DNA of 64,000 bases from Blastocladiella emersonii ATCC 22665 (GCA_025594325.1 JANHCV010000001.1:620001-684000); one strand, 5' to 3'; positions 48,768 through 59,471 are shown, numbered from the stretch's first letter. The notes: generated by a model from the sequence alone, not told the origin. A program made the numbers and translations.

Positions 48768-50159
48768 TTAAACGTCGTTCTGCTCCTCGACCTGCTCAAA
48801 AACGGTGTCAATCCCCTCGACATTGATCGAGCGCACCCCACGCGAAACGTAATCGTTGAACCGGGTTCCAAACTTCAAGGCCAGCTCGGCAATGTCAAGC
48901 AGGATGAGGTTGTTGGTTTGGTAATCGGGGCTTAACGAGTTGCCGCGACCAAACAGCTGGAGCAGCGAGCCAAAGGCCATGGCACCGAGCGGAACAATGA
49001 TGGCCGTGCGTTTCTCGTGCCAGCCGGCTGAGAGCGTGTTGCAGATGAGCAGGATGTGGATGCGGTTCTCCGAGTAGTCCTTGAGGGTCGAGGCCAGATT
49101 GCTCGGCGGGGTCTTGGACGTGATGATGCCGACCCGCAGACCAACAAACTTCTGCGTGATGACCTGGAACCAGTACTCGCACATGTCGATGCGCGAGCCC
49201 TTGAACAGGATGCCGGGCTGGCGGCCGTTGACTGTCATTTCCTGGGACCGGCGCAGCGCCGCGGTGAGGAGCATGATGAACGCCGCCTCCGTGCGGTACA
49301 CCTTGGCGAGGATGTTGGCCTTGGCTTGCGGGTATACGTCCGCCATCATGTCGGCCTTGAGCTGGTCGTGCGAGTCGTAGCCGATGGCTTGAAGAATGTC
49401 GGGGTGGCCAGTGTCAACGTACCAGATACACTGGCGCTTGATGTGCTCCTGCGCACCTCGGACTGGACATTCAATGTGGTGGAACTGGCAGTGGCCAGAG
49501 AGCGCGGGCGGGGGGAACGCCGTGTACGTGATGATGATCTGGCCGGGCGGGCGGTTGTTGAGCAGCGTCTTGAACGTCTTGGCCGGGATGTCCTGGATCT
49601 CGTCGATCTGGATCAGCGAGTACTTCTGCTGCGTCGCGGCACCGAGCCGAACAAACGTATTGGAGCCAAAGTACTCGTGGCACGGCTCGTCGATGACCGT
49701 CTTGTGCTTGTCCATGTTGAGCCGACCGAGTAGCGAGGCCTCATACGGCAGGGTCTGCTCCTCGTTAAAGGCGAGCTCCTTGAACCGGCCGTCGTGGAAG
49801 AACGACGAGTTGGACAGGTTGATCTGCTTCCACTTGCAGATCGTGGCCGTGGCGCCGATGCGGAGGAAGAAGGGGAGCATGGCCATGACGTAGGACTTGC
49901 CAGCACCTGGCGGGATGACGACTGAGATGGCCTTGTGGCCGCTCATGACCTGCTTGAGCACCTCGAGCAGCACGTTGCGTTGATGCGGGTACAGATTCTC
50001 GAGCGCCTCCGGTTCCATTTTGAGCGCGGTGTAGAACGACTCCCACCAGCCGTAGTTGTTGGACGGCACGGCCAGTTGGCGATGCCACGGGCCAGACCAC
50101 ATCGCCTCAACACTGTCAAACTGCAGCCGAGGATGCTCGTCGGGTGCGTTGTCGGACAT
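48768..50159 (-). CDS. Intronless SF2 helicase-like protein, ResIII/IRC3/RadD-type core, 463 aa
   Basis: Q-like LYPHQ, motif I IPPGAGKS, II IQIDEIQD, III TYTAFP, V LLICNTLSAGW and VI LLQLFGRG, in correct order and spacing. Confidence 0.8.
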   Translation of the reverse strand: MSDNAPDEHPRLQFDSVEAMWSGPWHRQLAVPSNNYGWWESFYTALKMEPEALENLYPHQRNVLLEVLKQVMSGHKAISVVIPPGAGKSYVMAMLPFFLRIGATATICKWKQINLSNSSFFHDGRFKELAFNEEQTLPYEASLLGRLNMDKHKTVIDEPCHEYFGSNTFVRLGAATQQKYSLIQIDEIQDIPAKTFKTLLNNRPPGQIIITYTAFPPPALSGHCQFHHIECPVRGAQEHIKRQCIWYVDTGHPDILQAIGYDSHDQLKADMMADVYPQAKANILAKVYRTEAAFIMLLTAALRRSQEMTVNGRQPGILFKGSRIDMCEYWFQVITQKFVGLRVGIITSKTPPSNLASTLKDYSENRIHILLICNTLSAGWHEKRTAIIVPLGAMAFGSLLQLFGRGNSLSPDYQTNNLILLDIAELALKFGTRFNDYVSRGVRSINVEGIDTVFEQVEEQNDV

Positions 50160-50170
50160 GGTGGGGAACA

Positions 50171-50277
50171 GGCCGAGTAGCGAGTTGGGCGGGCCGAGCA
50201 GAGGGTCGAGTAGAGGAGCGGGACGGCCGAGCGGAGGAGCGAGTCAGGCGGGCCGAGTAGAGGAGCGAGTCGGCCAA
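50171..50277. repeat. Imperfect GGCCGAGYRGAGGAGCGAG-like repeats just upstream of the helicase ATG
   Basis: GGCCGAG/GGTCGAG cores recur about five times between 50171 and 50277. Confidence 0.55.
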
Positions 50278-50825
50278 GCAAGTGTTTCGAGCGGGTCAAC
50301 GGTGATAGAGGACCTTCTTTTGCAGAAAGAGAAGAGCAAGAAACAGAGACCCGGCCCCGTTTTTGTAGTCGCGGCACCGGTCGTTGGAGGGGAGGGTGTG
50401 GCGGCGGGCACCCCGTTCGCCGCGCTGCATCGGATTGCCGCGCGGAAACGAAAAGAGCCGGTTTCGAGTGTGTCGGCTGAAGCCGCAGCGCACTGCTTGA
50501 TCGACAATAACGTCACCGCGGCGTGCGCCGCGCACTGTACAACATGCCCCGCGAGCTCGGCCAGCCAGCTCTGGGGCGTACCCGACTCATCCGCGTTGTT
50601 TATGATCCTGCAATCGTTTTAGATTGAGCTGGATCAAAAGCCCATGGCGCTGCTTTCACTAGGGAGACCGCGTCAAAACCGCCGAGACACGCTGCGAGAC
50701 GCGTCGAGAAAACACGTGATGGAGGAACGCCACAAAGGCTTGCCTGGAGCCCAGCTCGCCCGAAACGCCGACGCCTCGCCCATCGCCATCTGCTGTCCCG
50801 GAGTCGCTGAACCATCACGCATCCC

Positions 50826-51909
50826 ATGAATCCAATGGAAACCCGACTTCCTGCATTGCCTTATGCTCTGCTTGACCTCATCCTATGCGAGGCCGCGATG
50901 GGGCACGACGACCGGCCCGACATCATCCAGCTCCAGGGAGTGAGGCTTACCTTGCACAAGCTGCGTATGGAGTTCAGCGGTGGGGACAAGCAAGGCCTGA
51001 TGCATTATGCTCGTGTGCTGCCACGCGCGCACGCTCCGCGTACTTGGCACACCGTCAAGCAACTTGTCTTGCTCTGCACGTCCATGACGCACGCGAGCAA
51101 GAGCGGCCGAATCGACATCTTGGACGTGTGGCGCGCGTCGGGTCGCCCGCTCAAGTACAATGCAGCTGTCTTGAACGAGGCCGGCTCCGTGAATGTAATC
51201 GAGTGGTGGTACCGCAGCAACCTGCCGATGCCCAAAGCCTGGTACCGAGACGAAATTCTTGTCTATTTCAACGAGGCCATCCACTTCAGCCATTCTAAAT
51301 CCAGCACCGTGGTACGTGCACGCCGGCAGTCAGTCTGTCTTCCCAAACTCGCAATCTAACACTTCCGACTCATCCCTTTACAGGAACTGCTTCGTTGCGG
51401 CGAGTTTCGAGGCGACGCGCTGATTCGCGACCTTGTTCCGCGCCTCTCGTCCGGTTCCATCGACCAAGTAATGCTGCGGCGCTTGCGAATCAGCGAAGCC
51501 GGTATCGACATGCTTGCCACGGCTATTGCGTCACGGTCGCATCCGCGCGGTGAGCCTCGAGTGCTGCGGCATCACGGCGGCTTCGCTTCTAGCCCTCGCG
51601 CTTCCGGCGACGGTGGAAACCCTCGACCTTTCGCAGAATTGGGCGACTGATGGGTTGACGGCCGTTGTTGCTGCTGCCCCCGCTGGTTTCTCTCCGCTTC
51701 CGCCGCAGCTCAAGACGTTGATTCTTCGAAACACGCGCTTCATGAACGACGGCCACACTCAACTCTTTTTCCGCAGCCTGCCGTCATCGCTCACCACCCT
51801 CGATCTTCAGGGATCCTCCGTCAATTGGGATGTGGCCGAATCCCTTGCGCTCAGCCTTCCAGCTGGACTGAAAAACCTTGACGTTTCGCACTGCAAGTTC
51901 ACCGACTGA
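50826..51909 (+). pseudogene. F-box-like + ankyrin-like + LRR gene, frameshifted and truncated; intron 51312-51383
   Basis: LPALPYALLDLIL; ASKSGRIDILDVWRASGRPLKY...VIEWWYRSNL. Exon 2 (ELLRCGEFRGDALIR...) changes frame near 51530 relative to its paralogue, and the LRRs stop at HCKFTD*. Confidence 0.7.
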
Positions 51910-51989
51910 GATGCCATTTGGTATTTATAAGCGCAGTAGCACACGCTGGATGGGTGGGAAGGACAGGAACAACCGACGATGCGGGCCGC

Positions 51990-53400
51990 AGCGTGGTCGC
52001 CGACCCGCTTGTGCGACGAGCGACGCGTCGGCGCGCAGGCGGTTGACCGCAGCGCATGTCGCGGGAGCCGTCGCCTCGGCCGCGGTCGCCGCCAGTCCTG
52101 CTTGTTGCGCTGCTCGCGTTGTTGATGGACTTGAGCTACTCGACGGCCGACGCGAGCAGGTGGACCTTGAAGGCGGTCGGCGAGGGCAGCGGCGCGCGGT
52201 GCAGCTGGTGGACTTGAGGAGGTACTCGAGCAGCAGGTGGTGGGGACGCGCGAGAACCGAGGTGATCCCGTGCGTCGTGGTGGGGACGCGCGAGAACCGA
52301 GGTGATCCCGTGCGTCGTCGTGAGTCCGACTTCTTGACCCGGCCGTGAACGCGACCTGACTCGACAGCGAGTACAGCTGGAGCCCGGGTTGTTCAGCTAC
52401 GACTGACGCGTAACGGTCGGCTGGGACACGGGATACGGGAAGGCCGGACCGAGTCGCGTACCTTGGCCATGAACGTGTGCGCGGCCGGATACGTGCTCGA
52501 GAGCTGCGCCGACAAGTTGGTGGGCGAGCCCCGCAGCAGCTTGTCGTGGTAGATCGAGCCTATGGGTGACGTGGCGGTGACGAGTGAGCGATGATCAAGA
52601 AGGTGTTGGGCGAGCGGGTCACGTCGGCAGGCACCAGGTCAGCAACGCGAGCGCACCAGCTCGCGTGCGGTAGAACCGGACAGCGCGGACGTGCCGGGCG
52701 ATTAATCACGACGAGCACAAAAGGGATGGAGCCCGTACCGCATGATCTCGGGCGTGCCGCAAGAGCGGACGACGAGGCGGACCTTGTCGCTGCAGCGTGG
52801 TGTACTTGATGACCTACTCGAGTCGGCCGTGTCAGTGTCGGTCCGCGAGGACGCCGACCGGGTCGCCTGCCTCGAACTGGGACTCGCACGCGCAGCCGAG
52901 CGCGTGCTTGAGGCCAGCGACGACCCGAGCAGCGAGACCTCGTAGCGTGTTCTTGATCATAGTTGAGGTTTGTTGTCGTTGACCGAGGCTATGGGCGACG
53001 TGGCGGAGACAAGTGAGCAAAAGGTCAGACGAAGAGTACAATCGACGCGAACGCGCGGGTCGCGTCGTCAGGATCCATGCTGTCGACACGAGCGAATCCG
53101 CTCGGTAGGTCGAGGTCTGCGTCGCCCGCACGCAGCGCAAATCGCCTCGAGAACGCGAAGGGGAAGGCCCGTACCGCGTGGACTTGAGCGCGTCGTAGGC
53201 GCGTCGACGCGACGCGTGACGGCGCGACCCTTGTCACCGCGACTTAGCGTACTCGTCGCTCAACTCATGGCGGCCGCGAACAGGTTAGTCTCGGTCGATG
53301 GGAGAAACGGGCCGAGTCGCTTGCCGCGTACCATGTCGTGAACCTGGTCAGGATCGACGCATACACGTCGCCGCGCACTGCGGGGCGACTCTGAAGCTTG
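51990..53400 (-). pseudogene. Unidentified degenerate spliced gene
   Basis: Coding-like segments (RYEVSLLG...DKVRLVVRSCGTPEIMR; GSIYHDKLLRG...HTFMAK|LNNPG; HLLLEYLLKS) separated by GTACG...AG-like introns, with frameshifts and stops. Confidence 0.35.
52238..52317. repeat. Perfect 40-bp tandem duplication
   Basis: TGGTGGGGACGCGCGAGAACCGAGGTGATCCCGTGCGTCG x2. Confidence 0.95.
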
Positions 53401-53534
53401 AGGTGCTTGTCGAAGGCTAGAAAGCAGGGCAAAGCGGTCTTAAGGTGAGTGCGTCAGTGAGCGAACGGAGAGCCGGCGCGGAAGGCGTGGGAACGCGGCG
53501 TGGACATCAAGCGCAGCGGGTGCGAGTGCAGTCG

Positions 53535-54577
53535 ATGCGTGCAGGGCGTGTAGGGAGGGTGTTCGTCAGGGTACTGCCCATGTTTGACGACTTCGGCTAC
53601 ACGACGCCGTAACTAATGAACGCTGCCACTAGGATCTGACGCGCTGCAACGAGTACCGCGGCGACGCGGTCGTCCGAGAACTTGCGCCGCGCATTGCGAG
53701 CGGCGCCATGACCCATGTCGGGCTCCGCCGCACAAAGATCAGCGACGCGGGCATCGCCTTGCTCGCAGAAGCCATTGCTGCCGCCAACGAGCGCATTGAG
53801 AGCGTCCACCTCGAGTATTGCGGCATCACGGCCTCCTCGTTCCGCACGCTTAATCTTCCCGCGACAGCCAAGACCCTCTACTTGTCGCGCAACTGGGGGA
53901 GCGAGGGCCTTGGAGCGGTGCTTGCCAACGCCCCCGCCGACTTCTCACCGCTTCCGCCGCAGCTCGAGACCCTGGTTCTCCAGGACACGCGTTTCCTGAA
54001 CCTGCGCGACGCCGAGCTCTTCTTCCACCACCTCCCGCGGTCGCTCGGCCGGCTCAGCCTCCGCGGCACCAAGATCAAGAGCAGCGTGGTCCACGCGTTC
54101 GCGCGCAGCCTCCCGCCGAACCTGCACTCGCTCGACCTCTCCGAGTGCAGCCTTAGCGACGGCGACCTCGACGCCATCTGCCCGCACCTGCCCAAGACTA
54201 TCACGCACCTCCAACTCGCCAACAATCGGTTCATTTGGGACGGAGCGTTTGCACTGGCGGGGCACCTTCCGCCAGGGCTACTCGTGTTGGACCTGTTGGG
54301 AAACATCATCAGCGACGCCGGGGTCGAGTATCTGGCCGAGCGCTTGCCGGCCGCGCTTGGTGTGCTCGACCTCGGCTGCACAGGAATCACGGACGCAGGC
54401 GTCACGGCCGTCATGACGCACCTCCCAGCGCAGCTCGAGCACCTCCGTCTGGGCGAGGCGTTGGTGTCGATGGCCATTGTGGAGGTCATTTTCGGCAACG
54501 TCCCGCCGACCCTGCAGAGTCTCTACCTTCGCACAAACGCGGGCGTCGCGGTGAGCATGGAGTTTGCGATGGCGTGA
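53535..54577 (+). CDS. RNI-like leucine-rich repeat protein; intron 53571-53632; paralogue of the 50826 gene
   Basis: Repeated LxxLxLxxN/CxIxDxG units (LHSLDLSECSLSDGD, LLVLDLLGNIISDAG, LGVLDLGCTGITDAG). Exon 2 starts DLTRCNEYRGDAVVR at the same point as the paralogue. Start codon uncertain. Confidence 0.8.
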
Positions 54578-54897
54578 CTCAGCTGCGCGCCCGAACACCT
54601 TGCTCTAGACATTTAGCACTTTTGGATACAGTAATAGATTTTCGCGCACGCGAACCTGTCCCTCGTTTTTGAGACGCGTCGCGATATCAGGTGCCGCTCA
54701 CGCGACGACGTGGAGATCAGAGGCGCGTCGCCGCCGCCGCCGCCACGCCGCCGCGCGCGCGCTCCTCCCTCCGCTCCCCTCGACCCTCGCCTGCCTCGAC
54801 CCCGCACCCCGTTCCGAGCGGGCGACTGGCTGCAACGCGATCCGAGCCACGCCGGATCCTGCTTTTCGCAGACCCTCGCTCCCGAATCGCGCGCGTC

Positions 54898-55953
54898 ATG
54901 GACAAGTCGTACCGACCCGGCCGCGGGCGCGGTGGTGCGTTGCGTGCGCGTGTTGGCCTTGCATGCGACTTGGCTCACATGTTGCCCTTCTCGCACGCGT
55001 GTATGCTATGCCCATGATGATCGACACCATGTTATCAACATAACTTTATCCGCGACGCGTGCGTTCGCTCTGCCAGGTGGAGGCTTCCAGCCGCGCAACA
55101 CCGGCGGTCCCGGCAGCGGCCCGACCGGTAGCGGCCGCGGCCGCGGCGGCACCAACCGCTACTCGAACAGCGGTGGGCCCGGCGGCAGCTGGGGCAACGA
55201 CTACCAGCAGCCGCCGTACTCGCACGGTCCGCCGCACCAGCACCATCACCAGCAGCAGCCGTACCAGCAGCACCAGCAGTCGCACCCGATCCCCGCGTCG
55301 GCCGGCGGTAGCTGGCGCCAGGCCGGGCCTGTGTCGCCGAACGCTCACGCCTACGCGCAGTCGCAGCCCCCGCCGCCTCCGCAGCACCAGCAGTCGGCGC
55401 CTGCGGCAGCGGCCCACGCGCCCGCGCTGACGGCCGACCAGTTCCCGGCGCTCGGCACGGCGCCGCCGCCCGCGCCGCCCGCGTGGGGCGGTAAGCCAGC
55501 CGGTTCCGCCTCGTCGAACCGCGGCTCGTACGCCAAGGCCGGCGGCAACTCGCCGACCGTTCCCTCGCCGACGTCCGCGACGAACGGCGGCGGCGCCGGC
55601 GTGAGCCCGGCGTCGCCGGGGCAGTCGCTCGGGTCGGCCATGTTCGGGATGCTCGTCGAGGCGAACCGGGCGCGCGCGCACCAGGAGAACGAGTTTAGCG
55701 CGACCGAGGCGACGCAGGTCATGGGGAAGCGGCTCGAGATGGTGCAGGCGGCCGAGCACGTCGTGTACGCGGCGCCGCCGGCGGCGGCGGGTGGCGAGGG
55801 TGGTCGGATCGGGTCAAGAGGTATGTCAGCTTCGAGTTTGCGTGTCGGCGGTGGTGGTGGCGGCTAACGGTGTGCGCGCGGTGTGTAGCCGGGTACCTCG
55901 CCGACGGCACGACGTCGTTCCTCGCGCACCTGCGCGAGCAGACGGCCGCGTAA
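54898..55953 (+). CDS. RGG / Q-H-P-rich low-complexity protein with FPAL motif and small C-terminal helical domain; 2 introns
   Basis: MDKSYRPGRGRG|GGFQPRN...GRGRGG, QQPPY..HQHHHQQQ, ADQFPALG, FSATEATQVMGKRL; last exon AGYLADGTTSFLAHLREQTAA*. Confidence 0.7.
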
Positions 55954-56021
55954 CACTCACCGTTCCCTCCCCTCACCCTGTTCCGTTTCCGATGTCCATA
56001 TATCACACTCCCTCCCCCAAA

Positions 56022-57054
56022 CTACCTCACGCGGTACGGGATCTGGTCGCGCAACGTGACGGGGTCCATGAGGTGCGTCTCGACGAGGCCCTGGAGGTAC
56101 TCGACGACCTGCATCATGTCGAACTCGGCCTTGGCCAGCGCCTCGGGCGGCACCTGCGGGGTCTCGGGCGGCAGCGTCGCGAGCTCGACCACCCACATGC
56201 CGTGGTTGGCCTCGATCGGCGACACGCCGTGGAGACCCACGCGCGTTGTGCGGGTCGGTGGTGGGAGCTACGTACGCGGGACGCGTAAGCGGGGAAGGAA
56301 GGGGAGAGAAGTGGGAGGGACGCACGTTGTACACCTTGTACACGAGGATCGTCGCGACGCCCGCGCAGATGAACGCGTACCCGCGCTTGGCGTACTGGTA
56401 GTGCGGGCGGTACCCGAGCGACGCGAGGAACTCGAGACACTGCTCGAAGGTCGGCCGCGCGCCGCCGTCCGCAGACCCGCGCAGCGGCACCTGGCGCACC
56501 TGGCGGTGCACTGTCTTGGACGACTCGGTCGGGGCTTCGGGCCGGCCGAGGTGCGTGATGGTCCTAGCGGTGTGTCGGGTTTAGCGCGAGGGATGCAGGA
56601 GGATGGAGGGGAGTAACACGCACCACGCGTTGCCCGGATCGTTGAGGTTGAGCGAGACGAGCGGCGCGGACAGCCGCCAGACCACGTCCTCGTTGCGCTC
56701 GGGCCCGAACGGCGTCTCGACTGTTCCAACGTCAGCACTACGCTCTCAAGGCCCCAGCACCCCGAACCCGCGCGTACCGATGGGCACCCAGACGTACTCG
56801 ACGGACATGAACGCGGTCTCGCTCATGATCCGGTCGCGGTGGCTGCTGTTCTCGGCCCCCGCCCCCGCGCCCGCCGCCCCCGTCGCAGGATCGGATTCGA
56901 GAAAGCGCGGCAGGGACTCGGGGAACACGGCGGCAAGTCGCTCGAGGAGCCGCTCGAGCATGGCGTCGCCGACGAACCCGTGCAGCAGCTGCTGCGGGAA
57001 CGTCGGCGCAGCGGGCGCGCCCGAGACGCGTAGCGCGGCGGGCAGTTTCGGCAT
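56022..57054 (-). CDS. MED18: Mediator subunit Med18/Srb5; 3 introns
   Basis: QQLLHGFVGD..LERLLERLAAV, WTITHLGRPE, FLASLGYRPHYQYAKRGYAF...ILVYKVY, WVVEL and MQVVEYLQGLVE. Confidence 0.8.
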
Positions 57055-57464
57055 CGCGGGGTCGTTGCAGGGAGTCGCCTCAGGCGTGAAGATTCATGGG
57101 TCGGTGGTGCGTCGGTGCTGAGGTGAAGGGAAGCGAAGCCGCGGGCGGTGCGTCACATCACCTCGCTCAATCACGCGCGGCGCGACGCGACTCGTAACAC
57201 GGCTCGCGGACCCATGTCCGACGCGAACAAGCACTGGAAAGCCATGCGGGTTGTATTGTATCGACGCGCCAGAGAGTGGCGGTGTGGCTTCGTCGTCATG
57301 ATCTCGCCGCCGCGCCCCTGCCGCAGCCGCGTCGCGAGCAGCCGGCCGGCTGGTGGCTCGGCCGAGCTCTGAACGTACAAAGAGATCCCGCATCCCTGCC
57401 CTCTCCTCCTTTCGTCCATCATCCGTCGTGAGCTGGTCCTCACGTTGCATTTTTACAAAACAAC

Positions 57465-58432
57465 ATGCCCTCGTCCACTACCTCGGTGCTGGCCACCCTG
57501 CTCGTCCTCGCCCTGGCCGCGACCCACGTCGCGGGCCACGCCATCCTGCTATTCCCGGAGCCGCGCGCCGGGTCCAACGGGCCCGACAACCTCGGCATCA
57601 AGATCCCGGCGCCCGACGACCGCAGGGCCTTTGGGACGTGCGGCGGCACCTCGCCCGGCCGCCCCACGGCCTCGCTCATCGCCGGCCGCCAGACCACGCT
57701 GTCCTGGTCCATCACCATCGACCACCTCTCGGACCCCGGCGTCTCGGTCGCTATGCGGTGCAACGGGCAGCAGCAGTTCCAGTCGCTCGCCCGCGGGATC
57801 ACGGCGCAGGACCAGAGTACGTTTTCTTGCGAGGGGGGAGTGCGGCCATGAGCTGACCTGCGAGATTTCGTGTGTGTGTAGAGGCCACCGTCACCATCCC
57901 CGCCTCAGCGTCCGGCACCTGCGAGCTGCAGTGGATCTGGACGTCCGAGGAGGACGGCGGTAGCTACATTTCGTGCGCCGACGTGACGGTCCGCTCGGCC
58001 AACGGCGGCGGGAACAACAACGGCGGTGGTGGCCAGCAGCGCCAGGCTCAGCAGCGTCAGGCCCAGCAGCAGCAGCAAAAGGCGACCGCCGCGGCCCCGG
58101 CCCCGACGGCCACGGCCACGGCGCGCGCGACCAGGGCCGCGGCCAAGCCCTCCTCGACCTCCACCTCGACGGCCGCCGCCGCCGCGCCCACGAACGAGGG
58201 CCGCCAGTCCGAGTCCGGCGCCGTGGTCTCCTCGTCCACCTCGACCTCAACCTCGTCGACCTCGCGGTCCACCCCCACGGTGAGTGTGCGTCGCGGCGGA
58301 GCCGTCCTGGCCGAGGCGGGCGGCGCGGCGATCCAGCTCATGGCGCTGGCCGAGGTGACCCCGCCGCCCGTCGAGGATCTGGGCGGCCCGACGTCGCCGT
58401 TCCCGTCCGACGCGCCCTTTTACAAGAACTGA
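57465..58432 (+). CDS. Secreted histidine-brace (LPMO-like) protein with S/T/Q-rich tail; intron 57817-57881
   Basis: Signal peptide ends VAG|H, giving mature HAILLFPEPR. Second His in WSITIDH, then VTIP...CELQWIW...YISCADVTV. Confidence 0.75.
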
Positions 58433-58764
58433 CGTGCGGGAGTAGGAGTTCGGCTGGGTCGCGGCGTGGCTGGTCCTCGTCGCGAGCTTGCTGGCGTGAA
58501 TAGGGAGGAATATAATCGAATTCGGAGTCCCTCACGTGCGAGTTCATCGAGAGTGCGAGAAGGTGTGAGACGTGGAGTCGAACGCCACCCAACCTGAGAC
58601 GGATCGTGTTTGCGAGCCGGATCGTGTCATTCAAGGGCTTGCGGGAGGCATCGACGAGAGCAGTGGGAGAGAAACGAAGGGCTATATCATATCAGAACAT
58701 GCGACGCGACCCGAGGTCGCGCCGCTGGAGCAAACACGCAAGGGAGGGAGTACATCAAACGCGC

Positions 58765-59471
58765 TTAGGCGAGGACAGCAGCAGCGGCCATGGCGGCAGC
58801 AGCGACGACGCCAGCGACGCCGTTCTGGCCAGCGGCGCCCGAGGCGATACCGGTACCGGCGGCGGCGGCGGTCGTGGGCTTGGCGCCAGCGGAGGCCGAG
58901 GTCGAGGCGGGAGCAGCCGAACCGGTCGAGGCCGACGCCGAGGCGGAGGCGGAGGCGGAGCGGGTGGCCGAGGTGGTCGCGGTGGTGGTCGACGACTTGG
59001 GGCGGGTCGAGTCGGCCGAGGCGCAGAAGGCCGTCACCTCGGACTGCGCGATCTGCTTCTGGCCGGCCTGGCCGGGGCACTGGTCGTAGCAGGCGACCTG
59101 GAAGACGGGGCGGCGGGTGGAGGTCAGTGCGGGTCCCGGTCGATGTTACGACGATGGTATGGTAGTTCCAGCAGCCGTACCTTGTTGGCAACCTGCTTGC
59201 ACATACAATCGAAGTATTCGAAGCCCTGTTTCACGCGGAGGCTCTCACAATTGGCCTGGATGATGGTGGCTGCGTTGGCGAGACACGCGGCGAAAGTGGT
59301 ATCGGCCCCGTTACCGCAGGACACTCCATTCGTAGCAGGAGTGCCCGTAGTAGGCGGCGCAGCAATGGGAGCGTTGATAGGAGTGTTGCCGTCGATAATC
59401 TGCGCCGAGACGGTCGAGGTGGTGGCGGCGAAGGCGACGAGCGCGACGAGGACGGCCTGGAGGAGCTTCAT
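58765..59471 (-). CDS. Secreted, probably GPI-anchored 8-Cys (CFEM-like) protein; intron 59098-59180
   Basis: Signal MKLLQAVLVALVAFAA; Cys spacing C-10-C-11-C-13-CxC-8-C-3-C-17-C; S/T/A stalk; hydrophobic C-terminus VAGVVAAAAMAAAAVLA*. Confidence 0.8.

Noticed and set aside
54560-54615. TGA-C stop context of the LRR gene as read-through to a peroxisomal signal
   Set aside because: Context is TGA CTC rather than TGA CTA, and the extension does not end in an SKL-like tripeptide.
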